Virus record (IMG/VR): IMGVR_UViG_3300029319_009270
Coordinates: 1-64,000 of that record
Length of the DNA stretch: 64,000 nt
Source: a virus
Direction: 5' to 3' (one strand)
The position numbers were made by a program, and so were the translations under genes. Positions 1 through 8,936 of the stretch are shown in pieces. Each line of letters opens with the position of its first letter. Within the stretch, counting starts at the first letter, position 1. The notes beneath the pieces are model-generated. The model saw only the letters and a list, made by a program, of their open reading frames with translations. It had not been told where the DNA came from and made no database searches.

Positions 1-427
1 GCTCTTCAACAACTTCTTTAACGTAATCTTCGTATGGTTGAATTTGGATGACATCATAAACAGTAATTTCATCTTTGTTGTGATACATCCAATTCATGCA
101 TGCGTCTTTGATTACTGTATCCAACTCTTTAAAATCATTCAAGATGTCTATGTCTAATTCATAGGCTACAACTTGCTTTGGAAAATCATCAGCACCAAAT
201 CGGTCAGTCGGTTCGAAACCACCAAGTTCTGCAAATTCTCCAGCTGAGGCCCGTGCTTCTTCATCGTCTGTCATTGCCAGCATCTTTATGTTCTTTTTTT
301 GTTTTTCATTGTAATATAAGTCTTCAAGCGGGTCACTTAATGGCTCCTCTACAGGGATAACAAACTCACCATCCCTTCTAACTGAAGCTTCTATCAATCT
401 TCTTAATTGTCTTTTTGTTATTTTCAT
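1..427 (-). CDS. Leader-tagged putative internal virion protein, partial (runs off the window start); paralogue of 429..1538
   Basis: Not in the ORF track. Manual translation from ATG 427 gives MKITKRQLRRLIEASVRRDGEFVIPVEEPLSDPLED..., open to position 1. It aligns with the N-terminal ~110 aa of 429..1538 (P[VI]EEPL.DP, DD.E, RF.AD...KQ...Y). Confidence 0.85.
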   Translation of the reverse strand, partial: MKITKRQLRRLIEASVRRDGEFVIPVEEPLSDPLEDLYYNEKQKKNIKMLAMTDDEEARASAGEFAELGGFEPTDRFGADDFPKQVVAYELDIDILNDFKELDTVIKDACMNWMYHNKDEITVYDVIQIQPYEDYVKEVVEE

Positions 428-428
428 A

Positions 429-1538
429 CTAGTATCCTAATTTCGCCATATTAACTAAGCCTAAAAGATAATTTACATCACCTGGGTCTGCTTCGTCATA
501 TTCATTATTTTTTAACGCTAATTGTAAATCTTCAAGAATCGGTAATACGCCTCGCGAATCTTTAAAACCTCTTTTTGCACCAGATAACTCATTCAGCAAT
601 AACAGCAACGTGGTATCTGGTTTAGGCAACCAGATTGCATCTTTATACATAACTAATTCTTCTAATGCTCTGCTAATCTCATCAGAATTTGCAACTTCAG
701 CTATTAGCTTTCTCAATTGTCTTTTTGTTATTTTCATTTTGCCTTCTTTTATCATCGACATGTCTTGCTTAGGATTATGCTTCTGAATAGTTGTAGTGAA
801 TATATCGTACATCGGTTGCATCGCTTTGTCGTAAATGTGTTGAGCAATTGCAGGACCAAAATTAATGCGCTCTTCATAGCTTCTTCTCTTGAATAGATTA
901 TAAGCTTTCTTAAGTGTTGCAACACGTTGTTTGTCACTCGATTGAGCAGCTTTAAATTTTTCGTAAATCAGTCCGCGGACTTCGTCCATGATAGAGTTAA
1001 CTATGTCAATGTGAAGAGCAGGTGTGTCTACTGCGATATCAATGTTAAAATTAGCGTCCTTGGGCATTTTGTCGTACCAGTTTGGATCTCCATTTAAATA
1101 TAACTGAAAACCTCCTGGTCCTTCTGGATACTTATAACCAGCTTTTAAAATATCAGCAAGGTCAATTGCAAAAGCTTCTCGACGTCTAGGGTTGAAATAG
1201 CGATCAACTGCTGCATCAATTATCTGATCAATTTCCGGATCATTAATTAAATCCAAACCTGCGTCGTACATTCTCATCTGCTTGCTTAGAGTATCCGCGC
1301 TGAAACGTCCTGAACTGGGGAAACCTAAAGTGTCGGCTATGTTGTCTGCTTGTGCCGACGTCTCCAGATCATCTGATCCCGCTAAACCAAAGAGTTTTTC
1401 TTTGTTTACATCTGATAGGTCAAAATCAAAGTCTCGTGGATCTTCAAGCGGTTCTTCTATAGGAGCAACATAGCCAGGACTTCGTTTTATAACTGAAGAT
1501 TCTAATAATTTTCTTAATTGTCTTCTTGTTAATTTCAT
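429..1538 (-). CDS. Leader-tagged acidic protein with a second internal leader (fusion or polyprotein)
   Basis: N-terminus MKLTRRQLRKLLES; internal MIKEGKMKITKRQLRKLIAE (ATG at 737). Confidence 0.85.
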   Translation of the reverse strand: MKLTRRQLRKLLESSVIKRSPGYVAPIEEPLEDPRDFDFDLSDVNKEKLFGLAGSDDLETSAQADNIADTLGFPSSGRFSADTLSKQMRMYDAGLDLINDPEIDQIIDAAVDRYFNPRRREAFAIDLADILKAGYKYPEGPGGFQLYLNGDPNWYDKMPKDANFNIDIAVDTPALHIDIVNSIMDEVRGLIYEKFKAAQSSDKQRVATLKKAYNLFKRRSYEERINFGPAIAQHIYDKAMQPMYDIFTTTIQKHNPKQDMSMIKEGKMKITKRQLRKLIAEVANSDEISRALEELVMYKDAIWLPKPDTTLLLLLNELSGAKRGFKDSRGVLPILEDLQLALKNNEYDEADPGDVNYLLGLVNMAKLGY

Positions 1539-2053
1539 ATTTCATCGCCGGGATGACGTGCTTGCAAGCCAGGATAATTATTCCAAACATGGTCGTACAT
1601 ATCTACACCATATATTTCGTATGGCTCTACATTTAAAATGTATTGTAATAGTGGCTCTCTTATTTCATTCGGATTTAATGGGTCATAAGGCGGATACGCA
1701 CTGTAGTACAAAATTGTCATTTGCTTAGAGAGTTCCTCATCAGTTATCGGACCCATCGTATCGCCCGGGTCGTCTCGATCAATGTCTAAGCCTAAGTCTC
1801 TGGCTTGCATTATCAAGCTCATAAAATAAGGAATAGCTCGATCCAGTGCCTCTATCATTGACGCCTTAGTAGTGCCACCATAAAACTTTTGAAGAAGATT
1901 ACCATTTTCATTCTTATAAATTTTAATATAGCCTACATCACCGCCACTTGAGTCTCCATGATCGACTGGCGGAAAAGTACCCCCGAGCGATCTGTCACCG
2001 CCCATATAGAATTCACGAATTAGCTTTCTCAACTGGGCACTTGTTAATTTCAT
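1535..2053 (-). CDS. Leader-tagged hypothetical protein
   Basis: MKLTSAQLRKLIRE; ATGA overlap with the next gene. Confidence 0.8.
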   Translation of the reverse strand: MKLTSAQLRKLIREFYMGGDRSLGGTFPPVDHGDSSGGDVGYIKIYKNENGNLLQKFYGGTTKASMIEALDRAIPYFMSLIMQARDLGLDIDRDDPGDTMGPITDEELSKQMTILYYSAYPPYDPLNPNEIREPLLQYILNVEPYEIYGVDMYDHVWNNYPGLQARHPGDEI

Positions 2054-2054
2054 A

Positions 2055-2810
2055 TCAAACTACCATGTCCGGATCAAGCGTGTAGCCGTTGCGTTCTAAT
2101 CCTATTACGATTATCTTTTTGTTCGGATCCTCGACGCCTTCTGGTGATCTGGCACCTTGATCTTTAAAATATGCTGCGACGGCAGCTGTTTTATTAGGTA
2201 GGTGAATCATCCCATTCTCCAAAGCCTCAGTATAAAACACTGTTGCTGATTTCGACAGATATATTATCGCGTGCAACAGTGCTCTTTCGATCAAATAATA
2301 TTGATTTTTCCTTCCATGTACCTCTTGCATTAATGCATCTAAGTCTTTGACAATTTCAGAAATACTGTTTTCGTTTAACCCAGCTATAGAATTTCCTGCC
2401 ATGACAGAGTCTTCGCCGCGCCAATTTTTTCCGTATCTAGGTGTTGCAATTTGAAGGCCATCGCCCCTGCCTACTGTTATAAATATGTCTTGATCTATTA
2501 CATTCTCCAGTGCTTCATTATGGCCATTTTCACTTAACACATCCGCTACCTTGTCCTTATTCAAATTAACGGGTGTTTTCTGAAATATTTTCAATGCGTT
2601 ATCATAAGCATCAAGATACGTATCAGTAGTGCCTTCTGGGTCTAGCATAGAATCGAGGAGCATATAGTAAGTCGACATGTCGTCAGGATCTTTAAACATT
2701 TCGAGTGTTTCTAGTTGATCAGGTGACAGCCTACTTAAATCTAGACGTGCTCTTGGATCTTCCATTGATTCTCTAATTAATTTTGTCAATTGCCGTCTTG
2801 TTATTTTCAC
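2055..2810 (-). CDS. Leader-tagged hypothetical protein (GTG start at 2810 preferred)
   Basis: AAGGAG SD before GTG; (M)KITRRQLTKLIRES; shares a helical segment with 3680..4345. Confidence 0.8.
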   Translation of the reverse strand: MKITRRQLTKLIRESMEDPRARLDLSRLSPDQLETLEMFKDPDDMSTYYMLLDSMLDPEGTTDTYLDAYDNALKIFQKTPVNLNKDKVADVLSENGHNEALENVIDQDIFITVGRGDGLQIATPRYGKNWRGEDSVMAGNSIAGLNENSISEIVKDLDALMQEVHGRKNQYYLIERALLHAIIYLSKSATVFYTEALENGMIHLPNKTAAVAAYFKDQGARSPEGVEDPNKKIIVIGLERNGYTLDPDMVV

Positions 2811-2829
2811 AAGAAACTCCTTGCTCATT

Positions 2830-3612
2830 TTACGCGAGATCGTTCATGATTTCTACATACATGTGTTGAATATACTTACCTAACCCTTCCCTCGCATTAT
2901 CTTCAATGCCTTGAAGATTGGCTAAATTTGTCAAGGACCACTCCATATCTTCAATCAATCCATCCATAAATCTATTGTTGGTGATCAGTGATTCCTTGTT
3001 GTCACGGTAGGCAGCAAGGTTCTGTAATGTTGCTTTGAACTTTAAAAGATCTTCACCAGCTGAACTTAAGAATTCATCGCCATCTTCATCATACTCCACA
3101 TATCTATAGGGATCTGGAACGTGCACAAATTCTGTTCCTCTTCCTCTTAGTATTGCATCAAGCAGACTCTGTGGTGTATGTGATTTACCCATCGCTTCTG
3201 CCACTAGTGAACGCAGATTGCTTCTAGTAATAATGCTTTCATTAGTAAGATTTTCATCTCCGCTAACAGGCATCTCGCTAAAACCCCAGCTTTCTTCTAA
3301 CTCTTGCTTAAGTGACTGCAATCTTTCAATTTCTTCAAGAGTTTTTAAATAAGTCTCGAAAGCTTCTGCTTCTACAAGTCGACCTTCCTCTTCCTCTTCA
3401 TTTCTGATATCGTGTTCATATCGACCATATGTCATTGGTTCAAAGTCTTCAATCCCTATTCCACTGGACGGATCTCCAAAATCTGAACCTGCTAATGATC
3501 GAACTTCGCCAGGAGACTTGTATTCCTTGTCGTATCTGTCACGCATCGGATCTCGCTTGTGAGCCATTTCTTTTAGAACTAGATGTGTTAATTGTTTTTT
3601 TGTTATTTTCAT
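2830..3612 (-). CDS. Leader-tagged acidic protein with an internal second leader
   Basis: MKITKKQLTHLVLKE; internal LTNESIITRSNLRSLVAEAM. Confidence 0.8.
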   Translation of the reverse strand: MKITKKQLTHLVLKEMAHKRDPMRDRYDKEYKSPGEVRSLAGSDFGDPSSGIGIEDFEPMTYGRYEHDIRNEEEEEGRLVEAEAFETYLKTLEEIERLQSLKQELEESWGFSEMPVSGDENLTNESIITRSNLRSLVAEAMGKSHTPQSLLDAILRGRGTEFVHVPDPYRYVEYDEDGDEFLSSAGEDLLKFKATLQNLAAYRDNKESLITNNRFMDGLIEDMEWSLTNLANLQGIEDNAREGLGKYIQHMYVEIMNDLA

Positions 3613-3640
3613 TGTTTCACCTTAAAGTATCTGTAATATA

Positions 3641-3647
3641 TAATTAT
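3641..3647 (-). promoter_or_regulatory. ATAnTTA motif (putative late promoter) upstream of the 3612 gene
   Basis: GATAATTATAT on the minus strand; the same motif recurs before most leader-tagged or structural operons. Confidence 0.55.
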
Positions 3648-3679
3648 CTAAATAGTAAATATATTCTAATAAATTACCT

Positions 3680-4345
3680 TTAACTAGTTTTTAATTCTAC
3701 GTAGTAATTTGGGTTGTAATCACTGTATTCCCTTACATATTCTAATATTTTACGTTCTATCTCAATTGTGCTCTTATTAGAATATTCAGCCAGTTTATTC
3801 ATTATGTCTTCAAGTTCTTCTTGGTCCGGCCCCATAGTGCTAAAAGGTCCTCTTCGGCCGGTTACAGTGATAGGACGACGTGCTCTTAGCGAGTAAATAG
3901 ACAACAACTGCGGATTGTCAAGGGCGTCAATCTGGTTTGCCTGTATCTTATCATAAAGAGCATTATGATCTTCTCTAGATATGTTATCATCTATCTTCAA
4001 AAACAATACAATTCCTTGCTCTGCTAAGAGAGTTGTGATTAAGACATCATACATAAAAACGTCTTCTTTCTTAAGCATGCTCATACCAGGTATAGAATTC
4101 TCAAAACCAGCGGGTGACATGAAATATTCATAAGAATCAAAACTGTCATCATCTAACGTTAACGTGTCTAGTAACGAGAAAAACTGGGGAATATCACCTG
4201 ACGCTCTAATTCCATACAACATCTCTTGCTGTTCGTTACTAAGGGAAGCTATTCGCGCATCGATATCTTTAGACAAACTATCACCTACTTGGTCTTCAAT
4301 GGCTTCTCTAATCAATCTTCTTAATTGCTGGCTCTCTATTTTCAT
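3680..4345 (-). CDS. Leader-tagged hypothetical protein
   Basis: MKIESQQLRRLIREA; LSNEQQEML...FFSLLDTL resembles LSPDQLETL...YYMLLDSM of 2055..2810. Confidence 0.8.
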   Translation of the reverse strand: MKIESQQLRRLIREAIEDQVGDSLSKDIDARIASLSNEQQEMLYGIRASGDIPQFFSLLDTLTLDDDSFDSYEYFMSPAGFENSIPGMSMLKKEDVFMYDVLITTLLAEQGIVLFLKIDDNISREDHNALYDKIQANQIDALDNPQLLSIYSLRARRPITVTGRRGPFSTMGPDQEELEDIMNKLAEYSNKSTIEIERKILEYVREYSDYNPNYYVELKTS

Positions 4346-4347
4346 AT

Positions 4348-4968
4348 TTAATTGTTTCCAAATAAATTTTCAATTTCATCAGAAAGATCTCCAAAGTCCG
4401 GACCTAGCATATTTTTAATCTGCACTAATTTTAACAGATACAGACCAATAAGCCACTCCTCTAAGACATAACCCATACCTCCGGAATGTTCCCCTGCCAA
4501 AGCAGAAGAATATGACATTCCTAATCCGCCCTCAGCTGTCTGGTATATTTCCTCACCTTGCATACCTTCATTGCTTATTAGATTGACAATCTCTCCGCTA
4601 CTCATTCCTAAAGAAAGGGACGGATAATTTGGTAACTGATCTAATAATGCAGGGAAAAATGACATACACGGCTTCTCTTTTGTCCCACCGTACATAGAAT
4701 TGTCAGCGATTGCATATATCAAATTCTGTATGTCACCACCTTCTCCCCGGTGTCTTGCTACAAAAGGACCAAGCACAGCATCAACTGCTGAATGGCTTGA
4801 GGCAAAGATATTGAAAATATCTAAATCTGCGGCAAAAGCAAGCTCTTGTGCTTGTATCAAACCTTCAATTCCGGATGCCATCAACCCGGCGATTTTTTGC
4901 TCAGCGGTTCTAGGTTCATCAATAGCCTCAGCAATTATCTGCCTTAATTGTTTTTTTGTTATTTTCAT
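4348..4968 (-). CDS. Leader-tagged hypothetical protein
   Basis: MKITKKQLRQIIAEA. Confidence 0.8.
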   Translation of the reverse strand: MKITKKQLRQIIAEAIDEPRTAEQKIAGLMASGIEGLIQAQELAFAADLDIFNIFASSHSAVDAVLGPFVARHRGEGGDIQNLIYAIADNSMYGGTKEKPCMSFFPALLDQLPNYPSLSLGMSSGEIVNLISNEGMQGEEIYQTAEGGLGMSYSSALAGEHSGGMGYVLEEWLIGLYLLKLVQIKNMLGPDFGDLSDEIENLFGNN

Positions 4969-5417
4969 TTTTGCCTCATCATCGCGATTACATTTTGCAC
5001 CTGGTTTTGCATCGCAGTAGCATTTTCTAAACTATCAAGTGGTAGCGGTGTAACGTTTTGGTTTAGTAAATTTAAGAAGCGTATACCTTCTGCCTCTTTT
5101 GCAATAATCAAAGACGGAGGATTAACTAAAATCGCTTCGCCATCAGGCAAGATCATGTAAAAATCGATAAACTTTTTTAATCCACTATACCCTCTGGGTG
5201 TCTTATAGGGCACACCTTTGGTCATAAAAAAGTTACCCACCCTATGTTTGTCTTTTTTAATTGTTGCACTTGTTTCTTGTCCTGTAGCGAGAGCTTGCAT
5301 TGATGGTGGTAAAGATGCCACATCCTCTTCGTACTGTTCATCAGAAACAGTCTTAACCCTAAACTCGTGTGCAGCTTCTGCGATTAATTGTCTTAATTGT
5401 CTTCTTGTTATTTTCAT
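4965..5417 (-). CDS. Leader-tagged hypothetical protein (first gene of the array)
   Basis: MKITRRQLRQLIAEA from ATG 5417; AGAGG SD; ATAATTA motif at 5434-5440. Confidence 0.8.
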   Translation of the reverse strand: MKITRRQLRQLIAEAAHEFRVKTVSDEQYEEDVASLPPSMQALATGQETSATIKKDKHRVGNFFMTKGVPYKTPRGYSGLKKFIDFYMILPDGEAILVNPPSLIIAKEAEGIRFLNLLNQNVTPLPLDSLENATAMQNQVQNVIAMMRQK

Positions 5418-5433
5418 TGTCAACCCTCTTATG

Positions 5434-5440
5434 TAATTAT
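5434..5440 (-). promoter_or_regulatory. ATAnTTA motif heading the leader-gene array
   Basis: GATAATTACATAAGAGG-N7-ATG on the minus strand. Confidence 0.55.
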
Positions 5441-6408
5441 CGCTTTAAACCTAAAACTTCTAAACCATTTTGAGTTGCTATGTTAAATAAAACATTTTCA
5501 TCATATATTTTACAAGATTCTAAGAGCATTCTTAATTCAAACATCATGTTACCGTCTGAATAAGGTTTGTATACATCATTTATATTGTCACTTCCAATTG
5601 CGACAATTAAATCGTGTTGAATTAATTCGTCAACAGGCGTAACTGCATTATGAAAAGGCATAAGTGTTTCACTTCTTTGATGATCAATCCAAGCAGAGGG
5701 GCATGTTATGAAGCTTAAACCCGCATCTTTTGAGATCCTGTAAACTTCTTCTCTGTAACTTTTTTGATGACAGGCTAGCGAAATTGAATGGACAGCTGTT
5801 ACTTTCCCTTCAAGCCCATGTTGAATTGTTTTTCTTGCTAGCAGTTCTGTTTCCTTTTCTGTTGGTATGTTTAACTGATCAACATGAACATGAACTCTCT
5901 TATCATACTCTTTTGCCCAATTCATTATCTTATCTAAATGTTCTGATTCCTGACCTTTGTCAGCTCCTGGTAAAGATCCTATAATATCAATGTAAGGTAA
6001 AAAATTTCTTATTAAAACTTCTTGAGTTTGTCCTAATACGCCTTTTAAAGTTTGACTTGCAATTACTAACCTAATATCATCTACCTCTTTAGCCAATTCT
6101 CTTGCAGATATTATGGCTTTCGATGAAACAATGTCGTCTATGTCAATGAATGAGCAGACATGGCTAACGCCTTTACCAGATTGATCATGGAGAGCTTTTC
6201 TGATTCTTTCCTTATATTCCCTATAAGAAGTAATTCTTTTAATCTGATCAACTAACTGCCACTTTTCTTTTAAGTGTTTGTATTGATCATTCAAACAAAA
6301 AAAATGAGCTGTATTAGCTCTATCTAAGTGTGCATGTGCATTAACGAATCCGCCTGATCCAACTATTCTCTTTCTTAAGTCTTCAACTGACACAGTATAA
6401 ATCTCCAT
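5437..6408 (-). CDS. Metal-dependent amidohydrolase, cytosine deaminase (CodA)-like
   Basis: NAHAHLD, HVHVDQ, AVHSISL and GSDNIND metal-binding motifs of bacterial cytosine-deaminase-type amidohydrolases. Confidence 0.75.
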   Translation of the reverse strand: MEIYTVSVEDLRKRIVGSGGFVNAHAHLDRANTAHFFCLNDQYKHLKEKWQLVDQIKRITSYREYKERIRKALHDQSGKGVSHVCSFIDIDDIVSSKAIISARELAKEVDDIRLVIASQTLKGVLGQTQEVLIRNFLPYIDIIGSLPGADKGQESEHLDKIMNWAKEYDKRVHVHVDQLNIPTEKETELLARKTIQHGLEGKVTAVHSISLACHQKSYREEVYRISKDAGLSFITCPSAWIDHQRSETLMPFHNAVTPVDELIQHDLIVAIGSDNINDVYKPYSDGNMMFELRMLLESCKIYDENVLFNIATQNGLEVLGLKR

Positions 6409-6465
6409 TAAAATTGTTTAATTTGATATAATTATAAACAAGCAAATCAAAATTATGGAGAAGTT

Positions 6466-8430
6466 ATGCCAAGAATAAGAAATATGGGGACAGCAACCAT
6501 GAAATTCGGCGAAGGAATCGTCGTGTCAGGAAGTGCTGCGAACAAGAACAATACATCTTCTGATTTCACACTAATCGTCTCGGGCAGTTCTCTCTTAGAG
6601 GACGACTTAAGACTTAGAGACACGTTTGGCAGATTATATTTTGGCCAGACAAACAACGACATCTACCTGCGGACCACCGACGGTGACACGCTTGGCATTA
6701 ATGCACCCGCGACAGCATGGTCAATTGGTGATAGCAGTGGAAACACAAAGGATTCCGATCAGATTAGAATAAACAAAGGCGGGCAAGAAATATTTAAAAT
6801 TGGAAAAGACGGATTTGAGTGGAATAGGGTTGGGCTTATAGTTGGTACGACAGGAAGCTTTAATGTTAACGGTCTCTCAAAATTTAAAAAGGGTCTTGTT
6901 GCAACAGGAAGTGCCGGTGAAATGTCTTCTGCAGATTCAGAGTATGCAGCATTTCATTCAAGCGGTTCAATAATGCTTTCATCAGAATCTGACACTACGG
7001 GCATGGATATTGAAATTCAAACAAAAAGACCTAGACTTGTTCTAAAAAGTCATGCAGGCAGTTCGTACAATTCAGCAGTTGTTTTTGACAAGTTCAATGA
7101 TTCTGGTGACGGTAGTATATCAGCTGTTGCTTCTGGCATGACGTTAAGTCAAATTGATGCTAACGGTTTTGACGGTTCAGCGTTAAGAAATGCTACAAGT
7201 ATAAAATCAGTAGTCGATGGGACACCAGGTAGTGGTGACATGCCCGGACGTCTAGAATTTAGAACTTCACCTGACGGATCTGCATCTGTTGTTACGAGAA
7301 TGACAATTAAGAATGATGGAAAAGTTGGGATTGGAACTACTGATCCGGACTATGAACTGGATGTTGCGGGTGATATTGGGCTAGCTGAATACATTTATCA
7401 TAGAAATGATGATAACACTTATATAAGATTTCAAGATGATGATATCAATCTGCAAGTTGGTGGCAGATCTATGATCAAAATGAGTGAAGGTTCAATAGAT
7501 CAGGTTTTAATAATGTCTGGCGGATCCGCAGCTAGTCCCGATGTTAAGACTTCTACAGACACTAACTTTTTTGTATCAGGATCTATCGATTCAATAGATT
7601 CATCTACTCAAGGCACATCTGTTTTTGGTGGTGATGTTGTCATTAGTGGGAGCACAAAAATAAAAGATGTGCTACGAATCAGTGAATACATTACACATGA
7701 AACTGACACGAACACTTACATTAGATTTAACGGTGGTGACACTATTCAAATGTATGCTGGTGGGATAGACTTTATACAATTAAGAGAGCACAGTGAGGAT
7801 CTCTTGATGTTAAACCCTAGTTCTAGAGAGATGGATCTACACTTTTTTCATGATGACACAAGTAACAACGCGCGTGTATTCTTGCTAAGTGAAGGAGCTA
7901 GCTCAACCCCTACAAACGCGACAGATCTTAGTTTTTTCGTTTCGGGATCAATTGGTTCAAGGGGTGGGTCTGCAAAGGGAACAGCAGTATTTGATGGTGA
8001 TGTTGTAATTTCAGGAAGTCTTTACACAAAACAACGTCATGTTAACAGCGCAAAATTTAGCAGCACAGATAATTCACAACGATACGTCCGATGGGATGCA
8101 GCAGGTAGTAATGGTTCTCCAGGTGTAAATAATAAGTTTATAGCTCCGGCTGATGGGCGTCTTTTATTTGTTACAGTACGTTGTACTTCAGCTGCTAACG
8201 GCACTAATGTCGCATTTCATAAAGCATCAGATGGAACTGCTAATTTAAACACAACTGCAATAGAAACAGTAGGCGTTGATATTGATTCAAGTAACACTTC
8301 TTTTCAAGTACAATTCACGTCAACATCTAATTTTAGTGCCGGTGATATTTTAGGAATATCTATAAATCCAACCAGCACACCTAATGATGTCAACATAACT
8401 TGCGTTTGGGAACTAGACTTTGTTAGTTAA
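6466..8430 (+). CDS. Ser/Gly/Thr-rich virion fibre or adhesin-like protein with an internal duplication
   Basis: Repeated (V/I)SGS; GKVGIGTTDP beta-repeat motif; two copies of EYI.H..D.NTYIRF...FFVSGSI.S......GT.VF.GDVVISGS. Confidence 0.6.
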   Translation: MPRIRNMGTATMKFGEGIVVSGSAANKNNTSSDFTLIVSGSSLLEDDLRLRDTFGRLYFGQTNNDIYLRTTDGDTLGINAPATAWSIGDSSGNTKDSDQIRINKGGQEIFKIGKDGFEWNRVGLIVGTTGSFNVNGLSKFKKGLVATGSAGEMSSADSEYAAFHSSGSIMLSSESDTTGMDIEIQTKRPRLVLKSHAGSSYNSAVVFDKFNDSGDGSISAVASGMTLSQIDANGFDGSALRNATSIKSVVDGTPGSGDMPGRLEFRTSPDGSASVVTRMTIKNDGKVGIGTTDPDYELDVAGDIGLAEYIYHRNDDNTYIRFQDDDINLQVGGRSMIKMSEGSIDQVLIMSGGSAASPDVKTSTDTNFFVSGSIDSIDSSTQGTSVFGGDVVISGSTKIKDVLRISEYITHETDTNTYIRFNGGDTIQMYAGGIDFIQLREHSEDLLMLNPSSREMDLHFFHDDTSNNARVFLLSEGASSTPTNATDLSFFVSGSIGSRGGSAKGTAVFDGDVVISGSLYTKQRHVNSAKFSSTDNSQRYVRWDAAGSNGSPGVNNKFIAPADGRLLFVTVRCTSAANGTNVAFHKASDGTANLNTTAIETVGVDIDSSNTSFQVQFTSTSNFSAGDILGISINPTSTPNDVNITCVWELDFVS

Positions 8431-8936
8431 GGTAGCCAAAATTCCCTTCCCATCTTATGATAGAGGGGATGCATGATATGACCCGGTTCATCAATGTGGG
8501 TAAACCCTAGGGCATGCCCTAATTCATGCTCGTTGATTAAATCTAAATTAAACGAACCTGATTGATAATAAATGATTGCGCCTTTCATCTCGAAATATCT
8601 AGAATATCTTTTGGTGCTAGCAATTGTATTAGCAGGTAGAGAACGAGTTCGCCTCAATATTATGAAACCTTCAAGCCAGCTGTTATCACAAACAGAATTT
8701 GGCGGATTATGCTCATAAAAACCTATTGGGTAACCGTTGTCTTCCCAATAATTTATAGCTCTTTTAATTTGATATTCATTAAAGTCAGGGCCATAACAAT
8801 TAATAATCGCCGGTGGGTGCTTCCACGTATAGGGCTCAAACATTGAAGCTTCATATCGATACTTCATTGCCAGTCCTAAAAGAAAACCTATTATTAAACT
8901 AGCTAAAAGTATAAGAAGTACTCGCGAGACTTTCAC
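8427..8936 (-). CDS. Membrane-anchored matrixin-like (M10) zinc metalloprotease
   Basis: N-terminal TM; HELGHALGFTH zinc motif followed by the Met-turn HIMHP. Confidence 0.75.
   Translation of the reverse strand: MKVSRVLLILLASLIIGFLLGLAMKYRYEASMFEPYTWKHPPAIINCYGPDFNEYQIKRAINYWEDNGYPIGFYEHNPPNSVCDNSWLEGFIILRRTRSLPANTIASTKRYSRYFEMKGAIIYYQSGSFNLDLINEHELGHALGFTHIDEPGHIMHPLYHKMGREFWLP

Larger units (their letters stand above)
401..5417 (-). repeat. Dispersed ~27-40 bp near-identical repeat (ATGAAAATAACAA(A/G)AAGACAATTAAGA) encoding the leader peptide
   Basis: Copies at 401-427, 711-737, 1511-1538, ~2784-2810, 3591-3612, 4942-4968 and 5391-5417. Weaker copies end at 2053 and 4345, and a distant one lies at 39151-39177. 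Confidence 0.85.

Noticed and set aside
401-5417. CRISPR array or integron attC cassettes
   Set aside because: The repeats are coding, non-palindromic and spaced by hundreds of bases; no cas or integrase gene is visible.
6466-8430. Diversity-generating retroelement TR/VR pair in the fibre gene
   Set aside because: The duplication is an old protein-level repeat without adenine-specific differences, and there is no reverse transcriptase in the window.
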